DNA of 64,000 bases from Verrucomicrobiota bacterium (GTDB lineage Bacteria > Verrucomicrobiota > Verrucomicrobiia > Limisphaerales > UBA9464): NCBI GenBank assembly GCA_046346705.1, contig JAXMHR010000010.1, positions 141,602 to 205,601 on the forward strand, written 5' to 3'. The notes under the pieces were generated by a model. That model did not search any database. It worked only from the letters and a program-made list of their open reading frames with translations, and was not told where the DNA came from. This document shows positions 37,396 to 49,700 of this stretch, in pieces (position 1 is the first letter of the stretch; each line of letters opens with the position of its first letter). The position numbers were made by a program, and so were the translations under genes.

Positions 37396-38571
37396 ATGAA
37401 CACCATGCCCGCCCTCGCAACCCCGTCCGCCGGACCGCGACATCGTCTGGATCCGACGGCGGTTCGCGAGTTGACCATGCCCGCAATGCTGGCGGTGATT
37501 TGGGTATTCTTTGCCCTCGTATCGCCACAGTTCCTGAGCGCCCGCAATCTTTCGATGCTGCTCATTGAGCTTTCCATCACGGCTACTCTTGCCGTCGGAA
37601 TCCTCCTCGTCCTGATTCCGGGTCACACCGATCTGTCCGTGGGCGCGGGGGCGGGCCTGCTCGGCGGCATCGCCAGCGTCCTCGTCTTTCGATTCGGATG
37701 GCCCGCCCCGGCGGCGTTGCTCGTCAGCCTCATTGCCGGCTTCCTGCTTTACCTGGGCATGGGCCGGTTCATTGTCCGTTACCGCATCCAGGCATTTATC
37801 GTAACGCTCGGAGCGATGCTGGCGTTTCGTGGAGGATTCTGGCTCGTCATTCGTAGCGTCACGACCCCGGTGGTGCGGGGTGGCGAATCGAATCTCTATT
37901 CCCTGCTCACCACCTACTATCTCCCGCCGGCAGCAGGATTGATCCTCGCCTTTCTGGTGATGGGCGTTCTTGCCATTGTGGGATTCCGGGGACGTCAACG
38001 TCGCCAGTCAGCCGGTGCCTTGGTTGAACCTGCGGAGCTGGCGTTTCTCAAAGCATTTATCGGAGCCCAGGGAATCCTGTTGGTCGTTCTGATCTGCAAC
38101 CAATACCGGGGCCTTCCCCTGTCGTTCCTCATCCTGTGTGCCGTGGCACTGTCGATTCACGTGGTCACCCAGCATACTCCGTTTGGGCGGTACCTCTACG
38201 CCATTGGAGGAAATGAAGAGGCCGCCGTGGTGTCCGGAATTCCGACCCAACGAACTGTGACGACAGCCTTCCTGATTCTGGGAGGCATTGTCGCCGTCAC
38301 GGGATTCATGGCGACGGCGTACTCCGGGGCGTCCACCACCACGGTCGGGGATCTGATGGAGCTCGACGCCATCGCCGCGTGCGTCATCGGCGGGACGAGT
38401 CTGAAAGGTGGACGGGGAACGGTCCTTGGTGCGCTTTTTGGAGCCTTGATCATGGCGAGCCTTTTGAACGGGATGACTCTGCTCAGTGTGCTGCCGGAAA
38501 CAAAATACATCGTCCGTGGACTTGTCCTCGTATTCGCAGTCTGGATGGACGTCACGTTCCGGCGGCGTTAG
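37396..38571 (+). CDS. xylH: Sugar (xylose-type) ABC transporter permease
   Basis: About 10 predicted TM segments. Branched-chain/sugar permease motif 'GGTSLKGGRGTVLGALFGALIM'. Starts 2 nt after the xylG stop. Confidence 0.75.
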   Translation: MNTMPALATPSAGPRHRLDPTAVRELTMPAMLAVIWVFFALVSPQFLSARNLSMLLIELSITATLAVGILLVLIPGHTDLSVGAGAGLLGGIASVLVFRFGWPAPAALLVSLIAGFLLYLGMGRFIVRYRIQAFIVTLGAMLAFRGGFWLVIRSVTTPVVRGGESNLYSLLTTYYLPPAAGLILAFLVMGVLAIVGFRGRQRRQSAGALVEPAELAFLKAFIGAQGILLVVLICNQYRGLPLSFLILCAVALSIHVVTQHTPFGRYLYAIGGNEEAAVVSGIPTQRTVTTAFLILGGIVAVTGFMATAYSGASTTTVGDLMELDAIAACVIGGTSLKGGRGTVLGALFGALIMASLLNGMTLLSVLPETKYIVRGLVLVFAVWMDVTFRRR

Positions 38572-38594
38572 CCGGCTCCGGGCTTCCTCCAGGA

Positions 38595-38954
38595 TCAGTC
38601 GCGGCTCCAGCCGACGAGATGATCCTTGTCGAAAACCAGGCGACGTCCGTTCTGAGCGACCACTACCGTCGTCAGCTGGGGGGGAATGTAGGCGGCGCCC
38701 GCAAATTTGGAGCGAGCGACCATCTCCCAGTATTCGGTGTCCACCCTTTTCTGTCGCAGCCGGGCTTCCTCCAGCGGAATGGTCATGTCGTCGTCCGTGC
38801 CCGCGAGGACCTTCTCCACCTGCAAATAGTTCATCCCCTTCTTCAAATGTTCCCACCCCACCGTCTCGGGACTCGGGTTCGTGCCGCATCCGGGTACGAC
38901 AACTCCCACCAGCAGCAGGAGTCCCGCCATCAAAATGCTCGAAAACCGACTCAT
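38595..38954 (-). CDS. Small lipoprotein, possibly BamE/SmpA-OmlA-like
   Basis: Lipobox 'LLLVGVVVPGC'. 'KKGMNYLQVEKVLG' resembles the BamE core motif. The assignment is weak. Confidence 0.4.
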   Translation of the reverse strand: MSRFSSILMAGLLLLVGVVVPGCGTNPSPETVGWEHLKKGMNYLQVEKVLAGTDDDMTIPLEEARLRQKRVDTEYWEMVARSKFAGAAYIPPQLTTVVVAQNGRRLVFDKDHLVGWSRD

Positions 38955-39130
38955 TGAGGAAGCCCGTCGACGCGTTGGAGCCTCATCGTTCTAGAGCCCT
39001 TGACGCAAGCATCCGTTGCTTTTGACGCTGGAATCCGTCGTCGGACCCTTTTGGACGAATCCCGCCTGCAAATCATTGCCGCCACTCTCATTTTGCCAAC
39101 CTTGAGCCCCACCTGTGGAATTCCCCGTGT

Positions 39131-40390
39131 TCAACCCAAGAACCAAAAGAACACGATGGCAATTGTCGTCGGTCCCAATGCGCCCTGAAGGAGACCCAAG
39201 GGACTGATTCCTTCCTGCCCAAATACTCGGGATCCCTGAAGGATTCCAATTCCGGCGGGATTCGGTGCATTGGCGATGACCGTCAAGCCGCCCCCGGTGA
39301 CGGCGCCCGCCACGAGCGCGTAGCGCAGTGGCTCCGGCAGTCCCTCCACCAGGGTCCCGAGATAGGTGAGCGCTGCATTGTCGGTGATGGCCGTAAGTGC
39401 GGTGGTTCCAAAGAACAGGGCATTTCCGCCAAGACTTTGGATGAGAGGCTTCAGCCAGTAACCTTGGAGCGAGCCCAGTGTGACCAAGCCCGCGAGGAAA
39501 AATCCCACCAGAAGTCCCTCCCGGAGCTTCAACGGGTCCTGATGCGCCCGGGTCGCCGTTACCAAGCCCAGGAAAAGGACGAAGACGCCAAAGAACACGT
39601 CAGGATGGTGCGCAAAAACCACGACCATTCCGAGAAACCCAAGGTGTATCGACGTTAGCCAGGACGGAACCGGCTGACTCAATCCCGTTTCAAAGGAAAT
39701 CGTCGAAAGTTCCCTGCGAAACCAGGCCACCGTGAGGAGGGTGGAGGTCAAACACGTCGCCGCCGCCCGCCAGCCAAAATGAGTGATCATGAAGCCCGCA
39801 TCCCAATGCCAGCGTGACGAAACCATGAGTACGGGAGGCGCGGCGAAGTGTGTGAGTGTTCCGCCCACGGACACGTTCACAAACAGAAGTCCAAGCGTCG
39901 CATACGCAAATTCCCGGCTGATGCCACGATCAAAGTACCTTTCCTTAAGCAAGAGTGCCAGAAGGGTCATGGCCGCGGGTTCGGTGATCAGGGAACCGAG
40001 CAGGGGTCCCAGCGACAATGCGGCCACGAAAAATGCGACCGATGGCGGACCGGGAACAATCCGGGAGGCGCCTTGAATCAGGATCTCTGCGAAACGTACG
40101 ACCGGACGCGTCGCAGCCACGACCATGATCACCAGGACGAACTTGGGTTCGGAATAGTTGAGTCCCTCGACGTAAGCCGTCGCCTCGTGAAGGGACCCTC
40201 GGAGGAGCGCGATCCCGAGAAACAGGGCGGCGGCCCATAGCCCAAAGACCACCTCGGTTTCCGCGAGGAAATGGAGCAGGGATTCCTGAACCGACCCTGG
40301 TGCGAATCGATGGGACCACGCGGCAAACCGCCGGACTGCGAAGGTATGGACGACCGCAAGGGCAAAAAAGACCGTGGCCAGATACTCCAT
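39131..40390 (-). CDS. Polytopic membrane transporter, putative Na+/H+ antiporter family (PF07399/DUF1504-like)
   Basis: 419 aa, about 11-12 hydrophobic segments, internal two-fold repeat character, 'ITDNAALTYL' and 'IANAPNPAG' motifs. Family call is from memory of similar ~420-aa proteins. Confidence 0.5.
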   Translation of the reverse strand: MEYLATVFFALAVVHTFAVRRFAAWSHRFAPGSVQESLLHFLAETEVVFGLWAAALFLGIALLRGSLHEATAYVEGLNYSEPKFVLVIMVVAATRPVVRFAEILIQGASRIVPGPPSVAFFVAALSLGPLLGSLITEPAAMTLLALLLKERYFDRGISREFAYATLGLLFVNVSVGGTLTHFAAPPVLMVSSRWHWDAGFMITHFGWRAAATCLTSTLLTVAWFRRELSTISFETGLSQPVPSWLTSIHLGFLGMVVVFAHHPDVFFGVFVLFLGLVTATRAHQDPLKLREGLLVGFFLAGLVTLGSLQGYWLKPLIQSLGGNALFFGTTALTAITDNAALTYLGTLVEGLPEPLRYALVAGAVTGGGLTVIANAPNPAGIGILQGSRVFGQEGISPLGLLQGALGPTTIAIVFFWFLG

Positions 40391-40690
40391 TGGCGGCCGG
40401 GTCTACCGGATTTGCGGGCGGCCGTCGAGCCGCGCAGAACGGAGCACCTCGCGTCCCGACAAACTGTCCTTTCCTTGCCGCAATAGTGACCCTGCGCAAC
40501 GGGGGCGCGCCTCCCGAAAGGAGGCAGCCTGAGCTTGAACTTCCGCTGTAGAACTGGGTAATTTCTCTTCCGGCCCCGCCCCAAAGCACGCGTTCCGGGC
40601 GCGGTCTTCCCAGCCGAACCCAGGCCCTCGGGAAATGCAGTTTGCGCTTCTCTCCCTCAGACTCGGTTTGGGAAGGCCTCACGCCTTACC

Positions 40691-40774
40691 CATTTATTTA
40701 GCCAATAACTTTCCAATTATTGTCGTAAGTATTTTTTCACTTGCCGCGTTTCTAATGTAGGTAATTACTCACTT
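40691..40774 (+). promoter_or_regulatory. AT-rich island immediately upstream of the giant ORF (candidate promoter/leader)
   Basis: By my count 26 of 84 nt are G+C (about 31%) in an otherwise G+C-rich window. Contains TTGCCG, then 17 nt, then ATTACT only 5 nt before the ATG. No Shine-Dalgarno sequence. Confidence 0.3.
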
Positions 40775-43700
40775 ATGCCCACGCTCTGTCGCGCCCGACT
40801 TTTGGTGCTGGCTTTCCTCCTGTTGGTGCCGTCTCGCCACCTCCTGGCCGACCCCCAGGTGTGGCAGATAGGCACAAACAATCCCTCCGGAGGCGGAACC
40901 GGCGAATTCTCTGCACAAAATGGCGTGAACGACGCCCCGCCGGGATCCTCGACCGCATTGGACGACGACTACTATACCGCCGGTACCTATCCCGCAGGAT
41001 TCAACGGCCTCGCCTCGACGCTGACCGTAGCGGCAAATGAGCCTTGGCTGAACTGGGAAAGTGCCCTGACGCTGGGTGACAAGACGAATAGGATCCACCT
41101 GAATTTGACCAGCGCCCAGGTGACGCCTTCTTCATGGTTCCGTCTCTCGTTTGAGTTTGCCTCGGCCAATGGGACCTCAAACGGGGTTAGCCTCGGATTC
41201 GGGGATCACGACATTCTCGTTCAATTCAAAAACGCGGCCGGCACGCCGACGGTCCTGTTCTCGAATCGGATTTCCGCCGCCACCAATGTTGTCCTCGAAT
41301 TTCCGATGAGCTCGGTGGTCTCAACGGCCGGCGCGAACACCATCGAATTCATCCGGACTGGCCCGTCGCCCGCCGGCACCTCCTACTACATTGCTTTCGA
41401 TTACGTCCTTCTTGAGGCGGATGCGGGAGGAAACACCCCGCCCGTTCCTACTCCAGTGGGAACCGTGGCCGTCAATGAATTGGCTCCCTTGACCCTCAAT
41501 TTGGCGACTTCGGATACGGACTCCACGGCAGCAGAGCTAGTTTACGAATTGATCTCCGGACCGGTCGGCTTGGCGGTCTCCCCAACAGGGACGGTCACCT
41601 GGACGCCCACCGAGGCGCAGGGACCCGGCTCCTACGGTGTCGCGGTGCGTGTCACGGACGCCGGTGTGCCGCGAATGAGCGCGACCAACAGTTTCACCAT
41701 TACCGTCAACGAACTGAATACGGCGCCGACCACCGCCACCATCTTCAACAGCACGTTTGACGAAGGATTCAATTACACGGCGCAGATCAATGTCTCCGAC
41801 ATCGATCTGCCCGCGAACACCTTCACGTACACAATTCTCTCCGGACCGGCCGGACTCACCGTTTCCCCCACCGGTCTCATTTCCTGGCCCACCACCGAGG
41901 CTTCCGGACCCTCCGTAAACACGGTCTCGATCAAGACTTCGGACAGCGGTCCGGGAAATCTTAGCGTGACCAACACCTTTACACTCACGGTTCGCGAGGT
42001 CGTAACGGCTCCCGTTCTTCCCGTCCCCGCCACAGTGACCATCGACGAAGGAGCTACCTATTCCTTCCAGCTCGCCGCAACGGATGCCGACCTCCCCGCC
42101 AATACCCTCACCTATGCACTCGTCTCCGGACCGGCCGGCCTCACGGTCAGTACCGGCGGACTCATCAACTGGGTGACGACGGAAGCCACCGGTCCGTCGA
42201 CCAATATCGTTCAGGTCAAGGTGACCGACAATGGCGTCCCAACTTCCAGCACCACCAACCAGTTCCAAATTGTGGTTCGAGAGGTAAATTCGGCGCCAGT
42301 ATTGCCTGCAGTCACGACCCAGTATGTGGATGCGCTCTCCCCCATGGCGCTCAACATCCCCGTCGTGGATTCCGACCTACCCGCGAACTCTCTGACGTTT
42401 TTCCTCCAAAGTGGGCCGACTGGATTAACCCTCAGTTCCTCGGGCCTTGCGTCCTGGGTGCCGACTCCTTCGCAGATTCCATCCACCAACGTCGTGGTCT
42501 ACTCGGTCACCGATGGGGGGTCTCCGCCACTGTCCGCCACCAATCAATTCACGGTGGTGACCCGGACTGCCAGCCTCCGGTATCTCTGGCAAATCGGAAC
42601 TGAAAGCAACCCGGGAAGTTCCGCGGAATTCAGTGTGCAGAACAATGTCAATGACCTCGCACCCGGAAAGGTGACCCGCCTTGCTTCCGACCCCGAGTAC
42701 AACGCGGTTTCGAATCCCACCGCGGATGACGATTATTATTTTTCAGGAATCTATCCTGCAGGCTTCAACAAGCTGACTTCACTGATTCAGGTTCCCAACG
42801 ATGAACCAAGCACCGCCTGGGAACACAGCCACACCTTGGGGGATCTGACCAACCGAATTCACTTCCGCCTCGGTCCCGCCCAGGTCGTCGGTTCCTCCCA
42901 GCTTCGATTTTCCTTCAAGTTCCATACCGCCGCCCGGTATTCGAACAATGTGGTCCAAGGGTTCGGTGACCATGACATGGTGGTACGTTTCCGGAATGGA
43001 AACGGAATCGAGACAATCCTTTACTCGGACCGCATTTCCCAAGCGACCAACATCAGTCTCCTGTTCGGATCCACCACAGCCCAGGCGACGCTCGGCCCCA
43101 ATACGATCGAAATCGTTCGGACCGGCCCCACGGCCGTGAATACCTCGTATTGGATCACCTACGACTATCTCCGACTCGAGGCGGACGCCAGCGGCAACAC
43201 CTCGCCCGTGCCAACACCCGTGGCAGATACTCCCATCGATGAAATGGTTCCATTCTCACTGGCCCTCGGAGCGACGGATTCCGATGTACCGGCGCAGTCG
43301 TTGCTTTTTGAAAAAATTTCAGGTCCGGCAAACCTGACTATCAGCCCCACGGGCCAGCTCGCCTGGACCCCGGATGAGTCCGAAGGGCCGGCCACTGTAC
43401 CTGTTAGTGTTCGAATCACGGATTCAGGTTCACCTCCGCTGAGCGTCACCAACACCTTTAATTTGATAGTTCGCGAGGTGAACCGGCCGCCGGTCCCCGT
43501 GGCCGTCGGAACCCAGACCATCGATGAACTGGTGCCCTGGTCCCTGACGCTGTCCTCCAGCGACCCGGACCTGCCCGCGAACTCCCTGAGTTACTCAAAA
43601 CTGTCCGGCCCCGGAAACCTCGCGGTCAGTACTGCCGGCGTTGTCACATGGACCCCGGCGGAAACCGACGGTCCCGGAACCTATCCGGTGAGCGTCCTGG

Positions 43701-46700
43701 TCACAGATTCAGGGAGTCCTGCCCTCAGTGCCACCAACAACTTCAATGTGACGGTTCGCGAGATCAATCTGGCGCCTTCCATCGTATCCGTAACCCAGCA
43801 GGACGCAACCGAGCTTAGCGCCTTCTCCGTCAATCTGACCGCTTTCGATCCGGACCTGCCCGCCAACGCCCTCAGTTTCTCGCTCGTGTCCGGACCAACG
43901 GGTCTAACCGTGAGTCCCGGAGGGACCGTCAATTGGACGCCAGCCGAAGATCAGGGGCCTTCCACCCAAACCGTCGTCGTGAAGGTGACCGACAACGGCA
44001 ACCCCAATCTTAGCGGAACCAATTCCTTCGTCATCGTCGTTGCGGAAACGAATGCCCCGCCCGCGTTTCAGCCCATCGCCGATGTCACCCTTGACGAACT
44101 TACACTTCTGAGTTTCTCAATCACCGCGACGGATCCCGACATTCCGGCAAATTCACTTTCCTACGGACTCGTCAGCGGGCCTGGCGGATTGACGGTTTCC
44201 GCAGCAGGCTTAGTAACCTGGACTCCGACCGAAGCCCAGGGCCCCTCCACCAACCTCGTCCTCGTCCGCGCAACCGACAACGGCGTCCCATCCCGCAGCG
44301 TCACCAATCAGTTCACGGTCGTTGTCCGTGAAGTAAACACGGCACCCACAACGGTGTCCCTGGGTGTCTTGGCTCTCGATGAGCTGACTTCCCTCTCCGC
44401 TTCGGTGACGGCCTCCGATACTGACGTGCCTGGCAACACGCTGACCTACCAGCTGATTTCCGGCCCCACCGGGCTGACCGTCTCCTCCTCCGGAGCCGTG
44501 GCATGGAACCCCGGGGAAACCGATGGGCCATCCACCAACGCCGTCCTGGTCCGGGTTACCGACAACGGATCCCCCCAGTTAAGTGCCACCAATCAGTTTT
44601 CGGTCATCGTCCGCGAAGTCAACAGTGCGCCGTCCATCACGTCCCTCCCCCCCACCACGATCTCCCAACTGGCGCCACTCTCCCTCCAACTGACTGGCGT
44701 CGATCCGGATCAACCGCTCAATTCCCTGTCCTTCACCCTGCTCTCCGGGCCCGCCGGACTCAGTGTAAGCTCGGGAGGACTTGCGACGTGGTCGCCCTCC
44801 GCGGTGTTTAATCGGACGACGAATCAATTCATCGTCCGGGTCACCGATTCGGGGATCCCATCGCTTAGTGGCACCAACCAGTTCACGGTCATTGTCGCGG
44901 AGCCCGAGGCGCGGACGGTTTGGCAGATTGGAATTGCCGACGATCCCCAGGTGCTCCCCTACAATCCGGACGCCGAATTCGGGGTCCCTAACGGATTGGT
45001 GGATTCCGCCCCCGGAGCAATTACTCCTCCCGCGGGCGGTCCGCCGCCGGCGGACGACGACTTCTATTTCGCCGGGACCTATCCCGCCGGCTACTTCAGT
45101 CATGCCACCGACCGGGTGGTGACGAACGACGAGCCGGATTCCGCATGGGAACGGGCCCTCACCTCTTCGGATCCGCTGAATCGGTTCCACTTTCTCCTGA
45201 ACAGCGGCCAAATCGGCCTTCGCTCCCACCTCTTTCTGACCGTTGGATTGCCCCTCGGCGGATCGGTGGTGGGAGGCGTTCCTGCGTCCGAATTCGGAGA
45301 ACATGATTTTGTCGTCCGCTTCCGAAACGGAATTGGGGGAATTACCGTTCTTTACTCCAATCGGCTGACGTTCGGAACCAATCTCGTGTTGGATATTCCC
45401 GCGACCGCAGTCGGCGCAACGCTGGGAGCAAATGCCATTGAACTGGAACGGACGGGTCCCTCCGCCCCGGACACGACCTACTCCCTCTCCTTTGATTATG
45501 TTCGCCTCGAATCGGTCACCGGGGCGAACGAACCCCCAACCGTCGGAAGCATTCCGCAGCTCACTGTGGACGAGCTGACGACACTGAACTTCACGATTCC
45601 GTCTACCGACAGTGATACGCCCCAATTCAACCTAATCCACACCCTGCTCTCCGGGCCATCCGGGCTGCAGATCAATGCGTCGGGAGGACTGGTGTGGACC
45701 CCGACCGAGGCCCAAGGACCCTCGACGAACACCGTTGTCTTCCGAGTCACGGATGATGGTGTGCCGCCCCTGAGTTCGACCAACCAACTCACGGTCGTCG
45801 TCACGGAAGTCAATACGAGCCCCACTCTCACACCGGCTCCCGATACCATCATCAGCGAAGGGTCCGTCCTCAATCAGACGCTCGGAGCAACCGACTCGGA
45901 CCTTCCCTCCAATTCCCTCACGTATTCCCTAGTCTCCGGGCCGCCGGGACTCACGGTTTCGCCTTCGGGTTCGATGCAATGGACGACCGGCGAGGGCACG
46001 GGGCCGGTCTCGGCCACGGTTTACGTCCGGGTCACGGACAACGGTGAACCCCAACTCAGTTCCACCAATGCCTATACGGTGGTCGTCCTCGAGGTCAACC
46101 AACCTCCGGTCATGGACCCGGTTGCCGACCAGACCCTGGACGAACTGACCCCACTATCGATCAATTTGACCGGCAGCGATGCTGACGTCCCGGCGAATAC
46201 ATTGACCTACTCACTGGTGAGTGGCCCGGCCGGCATGAACGTTTCCTCTGGAGGCCTCCTGACCTGGATTCCCGCGGAAAGCCAAGGGCCATCCTCCACG
46301 CTCATCAAGGTCCGAATCTCGGACAACGGCACCCCCCCGATGAGCGCGACAAACCAGTTCACGGTCACCGTCCGGGAAATCAATACCGGCCCCGTCCTTG
46401 CCGCAATTCCGAACCAGAACATCAGTTCCGGAACCATTCTCAATCTCACCCTCTCTGCAGTCGACTCCGATCTGCCTCCGAACCCGCTGACCTACGCCCT
46501 CGTGTCGGGCCCCTCGGGGATGACGGTCAGCACTGCTGGCCAGCTGACTTGGAATCCCGGCAACGCACAGATCCCCTCCACCAACACGGTCCAGGTCAGC
46601 GTAAATGACAATGGAACTCCTGCACTGGGCATGACCAATCAGTTCACTGTGGTCGTGACAGGAACCGCACCCCGCTTTGTATGGGCCATTGGAACCAACG

Positions 46701-49700
46701 ACGCTCCCGGTACCGCTGCTTCGAAGGAATTCACCCCCCAAAACAACAAGAACGACGTCAAACCCGGCTCCGCTTCCCTCCTCGACGACGACTACTACAC
46801 GGCCGGCACTTATCCTGCCGGATTCAACGGACTCACCTCGCCTCTCGTCGTAGCATCCGATGAAGCCTGGCTGAACTGGGAAAGCAGCCTGACCCTCGGC
46901 GACAAGACAAACCGTCTTCATCTAGTTCTCGACCCCACCCAGGTAACACCCGATTCGATCTTCCGACTTAGTTTCGAGTTCTATCTTGGTCAAATGACGG
47001 TCTCCAATGTCGCCTCGGGCTTTGGCGATCACGACATCCTCGTGCTGCTCAAGAACGGTGTTGGGGGATCGACCCAGTTGTTTTCCGGGCGAATCTCCGC
47101 GCCGAGCACAAACATCATCACGCTCCCGATGAGCGCTGTTGGCGCGACTGCCGGAGCCAACACCATTGAGTTTATCCGCACCGGGCCCACGGCGCCCAGC
47201 ACCTCCTATTATATAACCTTTGACTACGTTCTCGTTGAAGTGGATGGCGGTGGAAATCTCCCACCGATTCTTCCGGTTTTGCCTCCCATCAATGTGAACG
47301 AACAAACGACCGTCGCCTTGGATCTCAGCGCCACTGACAGCGACACCGCCAAGAATCAGCTCGTGCACACGATGCTGAGCGGACCCCCGGGTTCCACGCT
47401 GACCACCGCCGGACAGTTCACGTGGCCCACCACGGAGACCAATGGAAACTCCTCTGCTACCGTGGTGGTCAAGGTCACGGACAATGGAATCCCGAACCTG
47501 AGTGCCACCAACCAGTACACGATTAATGTCCTCGAAGTGAATCGTGTCCCCGTATTCGCGGCGGTTCCACAGATGGTGGCGGACACCCTGACTCCTCTTT
47601 CCATCTCCCTCAGTGCCACGGACCCGGATATCCCGGTGAATGCCCTGTTCTACGACCTCGTTAGTGGTCCGGACGGCCTTGTCGTTTCACCGGCGGGCAA
47701 GGTGACGTGGATGCCGTCACCGAGCCAGATTCCATCCACCAACACCGTACTGGTCCGGGTAACCGACGACGGAATCCCCCCCCTCAGCGCCACCAATCAG
47801 TTTGTCGTGGTGACCCAGCCTGTGGTGGATCGTGACGCATGGCTCATCGGCGTGGACGACAGTCCTCTCATTCTTCCCTACAACCCGGCTGGTGAGTTTT
47901 CCGCACCGAACTATTTAAATGATTTACCCCCCGGGTTGGTGACCCGGTTACCAGGAGATCCCCAGTACAACGCAGGGAGCAATCCGCTACGGGACGATGA
48001 CTTCTATTTCACCGGAGTCTACCCTGCTGGCTTTAACGGTCTGACCAGCCAGTTACTCGTGCCAAATGACGAGCCATTTTCAGCGTGGGAATCGATGCTG
48101 ACCCAGTCAGATAGGACCAATCGATTCCATTTCCGACTGAACGCGGGACAAATCAGCGCCAGTGGCCATCTACAGCTCCGATTCGAGTTTCCTTCCGCAT
48201 TCATCATCAGCAACGGAGTGGCATCCTCGGTCTTTGGAGACCATGACATAGTGATCCGATTCAAAAGCGGTGCAGGCGATAGTACTGTGCTTTACTCGAA
48301 CCGCGTGAGTCAGCCCACGCAGGCCACGATCGAAATACCCGCCACAAACATCACGGCGACTCTGGGAGCGAACTCCATCGAAATCGTCCGCACCGGCCCG
48401 AATCCAACATCCCCTCAATATTACCTCTACATGGACTATGTCCATTTGCGGGCCGATGCCGGAGCGCGCCTGGATGCCGACGGCGACGGTCTGCCTCTGG
48501 CCTGGGAGAGAGACAATTACCTCGACGACAACAATCCCGCGGATGCGAATTCTGATTCCGACCATGACGGCTTGACGGCTCTTCAGGAATATAATGGCGG
48601 AGTAAATTCCACCGACCCGCGGCGCCCCGATTCCGACTTCGACGGCTTGACGGACGCCCAGGAACGACTCTTGGGTACGGACCCCAACAAGGCCGACACC
48701 GACGGCGACGGACTCACTGACTTCGAGGAGGTCAACGGGGTCCCCGCAAGTTCGCCCCTCTTGGTCGATTCCGACGGGGACGGTTTCTGGGATGCGGTCG
48801 AACGTCGCAGGGGTACCGATCCCATGGACCCCGCGAGCAAGCCCACCCGCTTCCGCGGGGCCGTCGGAATCAGTTTTGTCTCTACCGGGGGTCTGGAGGG
48901 AAGGATTGGGCCCAATGCGCTCGCCGGCGTCATTCCGCAGCTCAACTGGAACGAGACCGCGCCGTTGACTCTCGGAAGCAAGCCCTCCGGAAACCTCTCT
49001 GACATCGCGTCTCCAGTCGTTGGGCAATTAGTGCGAAGTGACGGAACGAATCTTCCAAACCTATCCTTCTCCTGGACTGCGGACGGTGCTGCGTCAACCG
49101 GAAACAGCGGCACACCGGACAGCCAGTTGATGAACGGCTACATCCGGGCATCCTCGTTGATGCCGGCGACCTTGACGGTCAGCAACGTGCCGTTCTCCCA
49201 GTATGATGTGTACGTCGTGGTTGGAGCACCCTCGGATCAATATCAAGGACGCGTCCGCCTCGGGACGGACCCGAGCACAGATCGCCTATTCCAAGCACTG
49301 AGCACGGCCCCACAGTCGGAGTTCGTCGATATTCCTGCAGGATCGGCCCAAAACCGGCCCGCGAACGTTGTTCGCTATTCGGGTCTGACCTCCACCGCAT
49401 TTTCCGTGACCGTTACTCGTGTTTCGGGAACCAGTGTTGGAATCCACGCCATTCAGATCGTTGACACCCAACTCGACAGTGATCTCTCCGGTATTCCCGA
49501 CTGGTGGGAAGTCAAATATGCACTTCAACCGGGTTCAGCGGCACTGGCCGCGAGTGACTCGGATGGCGACGGTCTCTCCAATATTCAGGAATACCTGCGG
49601 GGAAGCGACCCCCGGGTTGCCGATACGGATGGCGACGGCATCCCGGACGGCCAGGAAACCGCAGTCAGCGCCCTGAAATGGGACACCGACGGCGACGGTA

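Noticed and set aside
40509-40525. GCCTCC-CGAAA-GGAGGC hairpin as a terminator or riboswitch element in the 384-nt divergent gap
   Set aside because: There is no adjoining U/T tract on either strand, and it lies upstream of both divergent genes. I could not match the gap to any riboswitch class from memory (including cation riboswitches associated with antiporter-like genes).
41436-47836. Cadherin-like repeat runs as a recent tandem DNA amplification or an assembly artefact
   Set aside because: Repeat units differ substantially at both the protein and synonymous-site level, and unit counts differ between runs (4, 6, 4, 2). This argues for ancient divergence rather than collapsed or expanded identical repeats.
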